Made by a program: the position numbers and the translations under genes. Shown one piece after another: positions 14,069 to 24,110 of a stretch of DNA of 64,000 bases. The notes under the pieces are model-generated. The model saw only the letters and a list, made by a program, of their open reading frames with translations. It ran no database searches and was not told where the DNA came from. How positions within the stretch are numbered: the first letter of the stretch is position 1; every line of letters begins with the position of its first letter. The stretch is from Oikopleura dioica (lineage: Eukaryota; Animalia; Chordata). Where the stretch lies: positions 5,642,001-5,706,000 of the forward strand of contig OU015567.1 in assembly GCA_907165135.1 (NCBI GenBank), read 5' to 3'.

Positions 14069-15035
14069 CTATTTGAAGATAAACTTCGGGTCCATGAACA
14101 TTTTATGGTCCATGATAAAGTCATGAATGGTTAGGCCCTCGACCCCGATCGCCTCGGAATGGAGCTTCAAATTCGCGCGTTTTTCAATTTTTCCTTCAGC
14201 GTCTTCCGGTTGGCTCTTGCACATCATCAGCGCTTGAAGATATTCGGAAAATCTCTCTCGCCGGGCTGAACAATTGTTCGAATTGCGAGAACAGAAAAAA
14301 AGCTTACTCATCCAGGGATTTGAGCTGTTGCGGCTTCGATTAATGAGCGGATCTTCTTCTGAAAAATATAAGAATAAAAAATCAATTGCTTCTTCAGAAA
14401 CCTGACTCAAGGAACTTGAGGCAGGATCAAGTCGTTCAAGAACCCTAAGTCAGATTTTCGTCACAGTTTTTCCATCGAAAGAAAAGAGACTCACGCTCAT
14501 TGTCGATGCAAAAAGTCATTATCTGCCCCACCGCTTCTGAAATCTTGAGTCTTTTCATGTTGAGCAGGTTCATCTCCATTTCGATGATTTTTCTTCCTTC
14601 TTCGATGACTTCTCTTTTGAGCTCCTCGAAGCAGCGGCCGTCGGGCTTGATCAGTGTCGTTTTCTCAAACAGCATTTTCGCTCTGATTCGCCGATCTGCT
14701 TGCTTAAAATCACATTTTCAACTTTGAAGAGGTGACCAGCCGGGCTCGCAAATCTGTGTTGCTAAAGGAATTCGAAGAATAGCCGCGTAGCGGCTCTTTT
14801 AAAATCCAAGCCGCATAGTGGCTTCACCGAGATCGGGAACCCAAAACAAGTTCAAAAATCCGGCCACAATAAAAAAAATCCCGCATACCTCGAATCTCGG
14901 ATCCAGCATGGTCTTGACAACTGGCTCTCGAAGACAAACTTGTCCATCCAAGTTCTCTAGAATGAGTTCTTGCGATCCCTCGCGCTTAAGAAGCTCTTTT
15001 TTACCTGGATCCATGGCGAGTGCTTCTTTACTCAA
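14069..15035 (-). CDS. Small protein with G-protein gamma-like (GGL) domain; 5' exons uncertain
   Basis: Spliced ...MEMNLLNMKRLKISEAVGQIMTFCIDNE / EEDPLINRSRNSSNPWM matches the G-gamma/GGL pattern R(L/I)K(V/I)S....L..(Y/F)C....DP(L/F)....NPW. It is followed by about 65 further residues. Confidence 0.55.
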
Positions 15036-15419
15036 AGATTATATACGCTGCGGCGATTTAATGACGGGGAAAGGGGCACAAATGACGAGAATTGATCGCT
15101 AGAAAAAGGATCAGCGCGCGAATTTCAGCACTGCGCTGGGGAAAATTAAATCGATCAAAGGGTTTTTTATCTATTAAATCATTTTTCGAATTCCTTTATT
15201 TGATCAAATGAAATAATTGGCTTTTCATGCTCGGATCTTCCGCTTTCTTCTTGATGGTAAATTTCCTCCTTGATTTCTTTTGAGCTTATGCTCTTTTTCA
15301 AGACCTGAGTCAATGTCTCCGGCTGAACTATCAATCAGTGTAAAAATGATTTATTTCGAACAACAAAAACAACAAGGATAGTCTAACCAGACAAATCAAG
15401 AAATGTCTTTCGAAATCAA

Positions 15420-16310
15420 AATGGATGACAAGAAAACTTGAATACTGTTCAAGCCTCGATCCTCCATATTCACTTATTCCAGTTCCAACCGTCTTGACTG
15501 CGGAAGAGCAATGACTTTCGAGAAGACGATATCTTTAAGCCGACTCCGGTCTCAGTTTAAACGTACCCCATGTGATTTTCCTGCAGCAAAAACAGGATTT
15601 GCAAGCGACATTCGACCAAGCGACATCGACGTCTTCCACGCTGCAGCAAAGCGCTTTGCTTCAATGCACATCATCAGTGAAGAAGAGAGTCAAAGGCCGA
15701 TCAAGACCTGCTACCACGCCTGGCCCTGGAACACGAAAGCGATCAGATCGCACTACAAAACAGCTACTTATCCCGAAAAATTGATCAAAATTTATGTTCA
15801 GTGGGGCACAATCTCGACGCCAACGACGGAAGAATTTTCATCCCTCAGAAGGCACATCGATAGAGGAAAGACTGCTGCTGGTTGACAACGACAACTCAGA
15901 ATTCGGCACTAGAGCCTTCGACGTCGCCTATAACATTATTCGCTTCTACGAAAAAATCAACTTAGATATTATCAAGGACTTCTTGAACATTCACTTGCGG
16001 GAGAAAATAAAACCAGCGGATAACGCAAATTTTCGATCGAAGCTTTAACCAAGCAGTGCACGGACTCGAATTCCTTCTAGAGCTAGAGCAAGAAATGACA
16101 AGCGTCTGGCCATATAATTTCATGGAGCAATCCGAGTTCTACCGCTCAATCGGCGTCGACGAGGAGGATTTCTGCAACTAAGTGTTCGACGTGATACGAG
16201 CAATGCTGGACGAATGCGCGAATGGGAAAGCAAGCTCCCCCTAGACCGGCCGATAAAGCGAGTTTCCAAAACGCAAGCCGCCAGCGAAATGAGAATTCAA
16301 TTTTGTTTTA
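15420..16310 (+). pseudogene. Intronless frameshifted coding-like region of unknown family
   Basis: Protein-like reading passes from ORF 15511-15885 to ORF 15794-16048 and then to a third frame (FNQAVHGLEFLLELEQEMTSVWPYNFMEQSEFYRSIGVDEEDFCN*VFDVIRAMLDEC). No family recognised. Confidence 0.35.
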
Positions 16311-16346
16311 ATTGCAGAAACAAAAATTCAGTCTTGAAAACTTCGT

Positions 16347-17300
16347 TTATAAGTAATTAAGAAGCAGAGAGAACTCTTTGAATATTTCTTTCAGAACTGC
16401 TATCACGGAACTTTGAATAGACTCCACTATTTGAGTTCGCAAAAAGGATAAATTCAAACTTTGAATTTCAAAGTTTTGAAACTGCATTTTTGTAAGAAAA
16501 TTTGCGAACTGTCCTACTGCTTCCGGGCAAAATCCATCTTTTGTGCTCCTGGCGAGGCGAATTTCCGCTGGAAGGCCTAAATCAGCAAAAACGCTTCGCA
16601 CTTTCGCACCAAATCGCTTAATCATCTGCTCGACTTCCTGGTCCGTGGGAATATGCACGGGCAGCGCGGGTCGGTCGTCTTGACTGGTCCTGCCGGCGTT
16701 ATAAATCAGCAAGCCATCGTTGCCTTCAGAGCAGTGGAGTTTCTTCGCTCGTCGCTTTTGAAACTCTTCGTGCAGTTCTATTGGGGCTGCTCTCCTAGCT
16801 GCTTTCCTTACATATCGGCTTTCTTTACTTTCTTCAATAATGACTGCATCTACCCGCAGAAAAAGACGCTCCAATGGTGACCAAATCAGATCAAGAAAGG
16901 AAATCTGAAAATTTTGAATAAATTGACAATTCTCCTCGGCGCAGTAGGTCGCGTCAGAAGTGAAGTAATCCCACGACCAGCTCACGGCAAGCCTGGTCTT
17001 TCCCTTTTCGATGATTCCTTCCGCAAAGCCGACGGAAAGCTCTCTTCTGCCGTCTTCAAGTTGATCGGCCCAGGGAGGATGCAGCCAGTTTATTTCCTTC
17101 AAGTGGCTGGCGCAGACGAGCGGGAGGATCCAGTACTCGATCGAGGTCATTTCTCGCATCTTTTCTGCGTTTGAAATGTGCTCCATTGAGAAGCTGATCG
17201 GCGCACTTTTCTTTGGTTGTTTCAGCTTCAGAAGTAGCTCCTAGAATAGCGTCAACCACGTTCCAGAGATCAGGATGCGAGTCGTAGTGGATCATTTGAA
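16347..17300 (-). CDS. Hypothetical protein (279-aa open frame plus possible upstream segment)
   Basis: Long uninterrupted ORF with normal amino-acid composition, convergent with the 15.4-16.3 kb region. No family recognised. Confidence 0.45.
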
Positions 17301-17835
17301 GCCTCTTTGCCCCTAATCGACATCGACGGCGAAATCCGCCGAAAGGGCCGAAACTGGCACAAACTTCTCAACAAGAAGTGAATCTCAGCCAAGAACCTCT
17401 CCATTTCCTCCGCTTAAAATATCTGGCAGACCAAGAAACCGATGCAACTCTGAAATTCGAACAAACAGCATGCAGCTTTTTCTGTCCTGGCAAATTTTTT
17501 ACTTTTCAAAGAAATTTCGGAAAAGCCGCTTTGCAGCTTCATTTTTGACAAAATCGCAGTTCAACTATGAATTTAAACTGTTTCAGAACCTGACTCGGGA
17601 ATTTTTGCTTTTTCCGGAAAAGCGAAAGTTTGGAAAAAGAAAACTATATTTTTTACGCCAAGTCCTTTTTTCCAGTCACCCATTATCTCCTTTTTACGAA
17701 AAAAAGGCCGGGCGACATTTTAGTCGGAGCGAAAGAAACAGCCGCAAAAATAGCCAAAAGCTTCAAATAAAACATTTTCTCTCGAAATAAAAAGCCAATT
17801 CTAGCGGCTGAAAATCCTCCTTTTTCTCCGAGAAG

Positions 17836-17903
17836 TGACAGGAGTGGGATTCGAACCCACGTCCCGGAGAAATTCCGCGCTCTGGCCGCTGAGCTACCCT
17901 GTT
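17836..17903 (-). pseudogene. tRNA-derived element (pseudo-tRNA / SINE head)
   Basis: Minus strand AACAGGG-TA-GCTC-AGCGGCCA-GAGC-G-CGGAATTTCTCCG-GGAC-GTGGG-TTCGAAT-CCCAC-TCCTGTC-A. D arm, T arm and Pol III A/B boxes are intact. The anticodon arm is 4 nt short and position 1:72 is mismatched. Confidence 0.75.
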
Positions 17904-19480
17904 TGATCACTTCCGGTGAAAAAAGGGACTCTCTGCCGCTTGAATTCGGCTTTCTTTTTTTAGAATAACTGTGTCAGGGTCCTGATAAAGCTTTTTTGGA
18001 GCCTTTTTTCCGAAGGATTTTCCCCCAAATTTTTCAAAAAGCTCGTTCAAGAGATTGGGATCGTAGTGGATCATTTTGAAGCCTTCCAGAGCCAGTTTTC
18101 CGCGCGCAAGCAGCCGCTGGATAAAGTAGAGACATTAAGACTGCTAATCGACTTCTCTCAATTCCACATTTGGCATTCTAAAAACGATAATTTTCAAAAA
18201 CTTTCTCAAAAGTTCATTCTTCGTTCATTTCCGCTTCTTTTTCAGAACCGTCAGTTGACTTGCTTTTCTCTGCTTCCGAAAGCTAAAATTTATCAATTTT
18301 GGACGACTAGAAAATCAGTTCATTACTGTACCTTGACAGGGCAGTCAGGAAGTTCCAAATGGCAGTGCGTTTCCTGAACAACTTCCCACTCGTCGTCATC
18401 TTCGCCGAATTCTTCCTAATCTGGCATTTGTTTTCGCGCTTTTCGCCTGCTCAAATATTCTTCGATATATTTCTCTCCCTTTTTTCATCCTCTCTCTTTT
18501 CTATTTCTGCTTTCCCAGCGCTAGAATCGACCTACATTCAAGATTTTCAGAAATCTCGGTGATTCAAATCTTTCGCTCCGCGCGCGGACCAATCAGCGCG
18601 CGCGGAGATTTCAAAGGCGAGAAAAAGAGAAAAGGCGAAAAATGGTGCGAAGGGATGAAAATGAAGAATACAGAGAAGGAGAGAACAAGAAATATAAAGA
18701 AGGGGTTTTCTTCACTGATTATTTTTGATCTGCACTCGATTGAATGTGAAATTAGTCTTCGCAATCGTCGTCCGTTTTACCAGCCCGGTGGCAACCCAGC
18801 TGCTTTGACGCTCAAGCCCGATTCCTTCGAACCAGATGAAGTGGCGCACTACCAAACCTTTCCACCCGCCGCGCAGAGATTATTCTAGCGGTGAGAAATC
18901 TGGTCGTTTCGATGTGGTCTATTTCTCCGACGATTTTGGTTACTCCAAAGAGCTGCATGCAAAATGTGATTGTAAGAGGATACATTCGCGCCGCTCTGCC
19001 AGAACTATTCAACCTTGTTATAAAATTTCTTACGATAAAAGGCATTATCAACTTTGGCATCTTTGAGGACATACCCAGGCCGTTGGTTCTCAAAAACATT
19101 CCGCTGGAGAAACGAGAAACGATTGTTGTAATTGGAGCTGCACCATCAGGAATTTCTACAGCCAGACAGCTTTCTTTTGAAGATTCTAGAGGCGGGGAGA
19201 GGATAGGAGGACGAGTTCATGTTTGGGCACCTTAGGTTCGTTTGAGTGAAAAAGCTCACTTATCGTCCATTTTAAGGTAGCTGTAGGAGCAATGGTCATC
19301 AACGGCCGCCAAAACAACCCTATCATCACCATCAGTCGTCAAATCTACCACGATGTCCACATCCTCGGAAGCGAATGCGACCTTTTTGTCAAATCCGAAT
19401 CGATTGCTCGTGGACCAGACTTGAGAATGGAGCATCATTTCAACACGATTTTCGATATTTTATCCGACTGGAGATTAGAC

Positions 19481-20680
19481 CAGGGGTCTAAATATCAGCC
19501 GAAATCCTAGTGCGAAAGCGAAGCGAAAGCGAACCATTTTTTCAAATTTTTTGCGAAGCGAAAGCGAAGCGAATTCTTCGCCCATGTGCGAAGCGAAAGC
19601 GAAGCGAAATATCATTGAAAATTGCGAAAAAAAGCGAAAATTTTTTCGCTTGAATTGAAACGCATTCTCGGCAAGAATCTTTAGCAATCAGCCACTCAAA
19701 AGCAAAGATGATTTCAAAAACCTATTTTTGGAGCAGAAAATAACAAAAAAATCTGTTATTGTACTTTTTCAGCTCGTCAATATAAGCCGAATGCTGGGTC
19801 TAACTGTTGATAATTCCAAGTTAGTAACAAACTCGATAGCGGAGGTGACCGTTCGGGCATCGTGAAGTCGGGGAAAACGGACAATTTTCGGGCAAAATGT
19901 GTTCGGCCGGGCATTCTCAGCCCCTTAAATTTGGCCGGGCAAAAGCGGGCATTTTGGCAAGTTCGGCACTTTCGGGGAATTCAGCGCTTTCGGGCATTTC
20001 AGTCTAGCCCGCGCCGAGGAAAATTCTTAAATTTCGCATTCTTTACAACAATTTTTACTCTCTTGCTCCTCTTACTGAATCAAAAGCCTCTCGAAACTTA
20101 TTTTTCAAACCCTTATCTATTGAAAATCCCATCACCAGGTCGACCGGGCATTCGGACGGTGCGACTCTTGGCCCTTCATTTCGGCCGGGCATTCGGATGG
20201 CCAATCGACGATTTCTTGCCCGAATGGTCACCCTTGCTCGATACTATCGAGTCGATAGGAGAGGAGATCATCTTCGATTCTAGATAAGCCCTGTTCATAA
20301 AGATCACTCTGATCATTCAAAAAATATTCTAGCATACTTACAAGCATACTAGCAAAAGGCTGGTGACAACGTGTATTCCGGGGATTTATTGAGAGTTAGA
20401 CCCACCATTAGACTCGTCTTCAGAAGACTGAGAAAACTTGAATTTATAAGAGCATCAATAAATTATTGACAAAGATGCCCCTCTCCAACTCTTTGATAAA
20501 GAATCTTCCGAATAGCAAAGTCGCTTGATGTGCGAAAATCTATGCGAAAATTTGGGAATTTTTGCGAAGCGAAAGCGAAGCGAATTCTGCTCTCCAGTGC
20601 GAAGCGAAGCGAAAGCGAATTCGCTTCGCTTCGCATCGCTTCGCAATAAAGCGAATTCGCACTGCGAATTTAGACCCCTG
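19481..20680. mobile_element. Non-autonomous hAT-like TIR element inserted in a KDM1B exon
   Basis: Terminal inverted repeats CAGGGGTCTAAAT...ATTTAGACCCCTG are flanked by direct repeat (g)attagac (7-8 bp). Subterminal GCGAA(A)GCGAA arrays lie near both ends. Removal restores SDWRLDKKKDIPL. Confidence 0.85.
19839..20237. mobile_element. MITE nested inside the hAT-like element
   Basis: Inverted ends GCGGAGGTGACCGTTCGGGCA / TGCCCGAATGGTCACCCTTGC, flanked by direct repeat tcgata. Internal CGGGCATT repeats. Confidence 0.75.
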
Positions 20681-21833
20681 ATTAGACAAGAAAAAGGACA
20701 TTCCACTCATCGACGCTCACAAAGAATACGTCAGCCAAAGCGCGGAAAGATACTCAAAAACAGAAATGAAACAGCTCGACTTCCACATCAACAACTTGGA
20801 ATACGAGCCTTTCTAGCGTTTCAGCGCTCAATTGGGACCAGAACGAGCGTTTTCCGCAATTTGGCGGGGATCATGCGATCGTGACATACGGATTTTCTGA
20901 TGTTTTGGAAGAATTGTCGAAACCGCTGAATACAGAGTTTGAAATTTTTCGGTTAACCGGTGGCGAGCATTGATCATTCTGGGGAAAAGGTGGTCGTCGA
21001 GACGACTCATGGGGAGAAAATTGAGGCGGATAGGATTGGATACAGATAAATAATAGATCTTGAAGCCGCAAGTGGCTGACCAATTTTGTAAAATAGCTTG
21101 AAATAAGACTTCTGTATCCATTTCAAAGATGCGTCGTGTCAATCCCACTCGCCCTCATGAAAAAGAAAACCATCAATTTCACCCCCGACTTATCTCAGCG
21201 AAAATGGCGCGCTGTAGAAAACATCGGCGCCGGCCTGATAGAAAAATGCCTCCTCCGCTTCGATTCAAAATGGTGGAGTTACAAGATCGGTGGCGCTGAT
21301 TTCTTTGGCTCCATCAGCGTTTCTGGCTCCGACTCAGGCGTCGAAGCTGATGATGAACACGATACGTCGGGAATTTTTAATGTGTTCTACGATATCAATC
21401 GCCTGGGAGTGATCATTTTACGCTCATGTCGATCGCAGCTGGAGCTTCGCTTGATATTTATCATTCGATGAGTGATAAACAGCTCGTTTCCAGTGCGATA
21501 GCGACGCTTCAAGGCAAGAGTCAATTAACAAGCTCCTTTTTACTTGAATTTTCGCCATTTTGTGACTCTTAAAAAAGAAATCTTCAAAGAAAACACGAGC
21601 CCAGAGCCCCTGAGCTTCCACATTACACGCTGGGGAAAAGAAGAATACTCCCATATGAGTTATTCTTTTATCAAACTCGGTTCAACCGGAAAAGACTACG
21701 ACAAAATGGCGGAACCAGCTTCCGATCGATTATTTTTCGCTGGAGAAGCCACCCATCGGTACGTTAAAGCGCATCTCTCTATAAAAAATGTTTGATAGTG
21801 TAGTAAAATGATCAGTAAAATGGTGTTTTACTG

Positions 21834-22496
21834 ATGGACTGCGACATCGAGAAAGAAACTTATATATCCGAGTGTATTCCTCTTTTCCACCAGGTGAGTA
21901 TAACTTTTGTTGCGCAGTTGTGATCTGAATTGTCAGGGCATTTCGCTGAAGCCAATGTTCCAAGTAGCGATGAGAACGGTAGAAGACTACTGCGAGCGGA
22001 ACAATCTGGCCATCGCTGGCTACTACGAGTCGCCCGAAATCGTCAAGAGCGCCACGCCATCGCAGTACGCGGAGAAGGTCGGCGACAAGCTCCGGGAGCA
22101 ATTCAAGGATGCCTTCCTTCTCCACAACATTTGGCAAGAAGACTCCAAGTTCGCCCTGAGACCGTTTGTCAAAGAGGTGCGAAATTTTATCGATTCTTCT
22201 AGAATCTGTGTTCATTGATTTGCATTTAGTCTGGAAAGTGGGTGTACTCTTCAAACAAGCTCAGCTTTGAGAACGAAAACGTTTTCAAGACCGTCGCTCA
22301 GCTGCATAAAGCCGACTTCTGCCTCGAACTTCAAGTAAGAACTTCTATTATTTTGCGCACGCATGGCCACTTCTAGGACTTTGACTGCTACCTCGATAAC
22401 TTCACGAACGACTGGACAAACAGATCTCTGCAAGAAGTGATTATGCTTGTGGACGCGCAAACCGAGCACCAAGACGCTAGTATAAAGGCGAAATGA
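21834..22496 (+). pseudogene. EMC8: EMC8/9 (ER membrane complex, neighbour-of-COX4 family), 5'-truncated
   Basis: Exons YISECIPLFH / GISLKPMFQVAMRTVEDYCERNNLAIAGYYES / DFDCYLDNFTNDWTN match EMC8/9. The conserved N-terminal KM.LH..KYP...VNG segment is absent. Confidence 0.8.
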
Positions 22497-22661
22497 CACG
22501 AATTGAACAATGGCGCTACTATTTCTACCCTTTCCTTCCCAAAATGTCTCACACCGAGCTTTACTTTCTTAGATTATTTCGAATTTGTGCAATCTTCAAA
22601 CATGTTGTGTGCGCTCCGTTAATTCAATAGCGTCGCTAAACTGATTTCGCTTGTTCAGAAG

Positions 22662-23124
22662 ATGTTGAACAGAACTCTCGCTCGACAGATCGTCTCCGTC
22701 AGAAACTTCCGATCTGGCTCTTTCCAGGTAATTCGCTTTAGAAAGAGGAGTTACTGATCTGCGCTTGTAGAACAAGTTCAACCAAGTCCCACTAAAGAAG
22801 GTCTACTGGGGCTCTGCCAAGCTCTCTGGTGAAGCTTTCCTCGCTGCCGGCGCCATTTTCTTCTTCTGGGCCTTTGATCGACTCGCTCGAGCTGACTTCC
22901 TTTACTCCAAGTTCCACATGTCTGCCTCTCACTTCCAGATGGGTACGCTTCGTGTTTGAGCTGGCACCAACTGACAAAATCGTTAAGATAACATCATCAT
23001 CGTCGATGGCAAGTACCGATACATCCCCACCAAAATGCACCCCGCCGAGCACGAAAAGGATGTCTCCTACATGTCCAACTTCACCGAGTACGACTGGACC
23101 CCTACTGATGGCAAGGATGGCAAG
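22662..23124 (+). CDS. Small putative mitochondrial single-TM protein, 3' end fused to UBA1
   Basis: Three GT-AG-spliced exons: [22 protein letters not shown] / [43 protein letters not shown]... / [12 protein letters not shown]... The Arg-rich acid-free N-terminus resembles a mitochondrial presequence. No own stop codon. Confidence 0.5.
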
Positions 23125-24110
23125 GTCTCCGAGTCCTACGGCTCTTCCCGCGATGCACAAGAGAAATCCATTCCCATCTGTACTTTGAAAAATTTCCCAA
23201 ATGCCATCGAGCATTGCCTTCAGGTACCTTTTGAGCCTATTTTGGTCAAAGTATGACCTTTTTTAGTGGGCGCGAGATAATTTTGAAGGACTCTTTACTG
23301 GACAGGCAGGCTCTGCGAAACAGTTCCTTTCCGATCCCGCCGACTTGTCGCAAAAACTGAGAAGCTGCCCGGCAACGAGCCAATCACCTCTGCTCAGGGA
23401 GTCGTTGAGTCAACTCGTTGACTTCCTCATCGACCAAAAACCAAATGACTTCAATGACTGCATCGAATGGGCGCGCCACAGATTCGAAGAGAACTACGTC
23501 ACCACCATTCTCCAGCTTCTTCACCGCCCTCGTCGCCGGTCTAATCTCTGCCGAGCTTTACAAGATCGTCAACGGAATCGACGACATTGAAAAGTATCGA
23601 AATACGTTCATGAATCTCGCGATTCCAGCGTATTCCTTCTCCGAGCCCATGACTCCACCAAAGGTGAAACTGAAAGTATGGCTCTTTTATACAAAACAGT
23701 TTTAGAACACTTATTTTGGAGACCAGCACTGGACCCTCTGGGATCGATTTGACATCGACGGACGAAAAGAAAATGGCGGAGAGATGACAATTGGCGAGCT
23801 CCTCGACCATTTCAAGAATGATAGGAAGCTTGAGGTCCAGATGCTGAGCTCTGGAGTGACACTTCTCTACTCCTTCTTCCTCAACCCGCCGAAGAAGAAG
23901 CAGGACCGACTTGCCATGACTGTCAGGTAAGCTCTCTACACTTGTTACTGCAGCTAAATGCTCATTCTTTCTAGTGAGGCAGTGAAAACAGTCGACAAAA
24001 AAGAAATCGGCGCGCACGAGCGATACCTCGTGCTCGACGTCTGCTGTAATGACATGACAGAAGCCGAAGAAGATCAAGACGTTCCATATCTTCGCTATTG
24101 TTTCCGATAG
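23125..24110 (+). pseudogene. UBA1: UBA1 ubiquitin-activating enzyme E1, C-terminal half only, internally deleted
   Basis: [42 protein letters not shown] (active-site Cys region), DCIEWARHRFEENY, ALVAGLISAELYKIV, WTLWDRF, MLSSGVTLLYSFF and VLDVCCND...DVPYLRY*. There is a frameshift at about 23346, an insertion at 23409-23421 and a large deletion at about 23523. Confidence 0.95.

Larger units (their letters stand above)
6427..17600. repeat. Dispersed short repeat family built on pseudo-palindrome CCTGA(G/C)TCAGG, often beside (A)AAGCCGC/GCGGCT motifs (MITE-like remnants)
   Basis: Exact or near-exact copies at about 6427, 7933, 7946, 8081, 10221, 10270, 10766, 11299, 11330, 11501, 13646, 13659, 14401, 15304 and 17589. 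The tandem pair cctgagtNNaaaacctgagtcggg is shared by 7933 and 13646. 8023-8056 is the reverse complement of 14781-14814. Confidence 0.7.
18765..21770 (+). pseudogene. KDM1B: KDM1B/LSD2 histone demethylase pseudogene (SWIRM + amine oxidase), disrupted
   Basis: Segments RPFYQPG..., LAVRNLVVSMW...KGIINFG, VVIGAAPSGISTARQL...RIGGRV, NGRQNNPI, DFHINNLEY, WDQNERFPQFGGDH, NIGAGLIEKCLLRF...GADFFG and LFFAGEAT follow LSD2 in order. Frameshifts occur near 18880, 19180-19195, 20810 and 21402, a 1.2-kb element is inserted in an exon, and the last exon is missing. Confidence 0.9.

Noticed and set aside
16985-17025. Walker A motif (GIIEKGKTRLA) making the 279-aa ORF an NTPase
   Set aside because: It lacks the first Gly of GxxxxGK[ST] at the right spacing, and no Walker B could be placed with confidence.
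17836-17903. Functional tRNA-Lys(TTT)
   Set aside because: The anticodon stem is only 3-4 bp (arm 4 nt short) and the first acceptor pair is mismatched.
20828-21148. Minus-strand 106-aa ORF as an inserted gene
   Set aside because: It is the antisense shadow of KDM1B coding sequence (WDQNERFPQFGGDH on the plus strand).
22662-23124. Calling the small mitochondrial-type protein COX4 because EMC8 neighbours COX4 in vertebrates
   Set aside because: No convincing COX4 motif is visible and the orientation is tandem rather than head-to-head; left unnamed.
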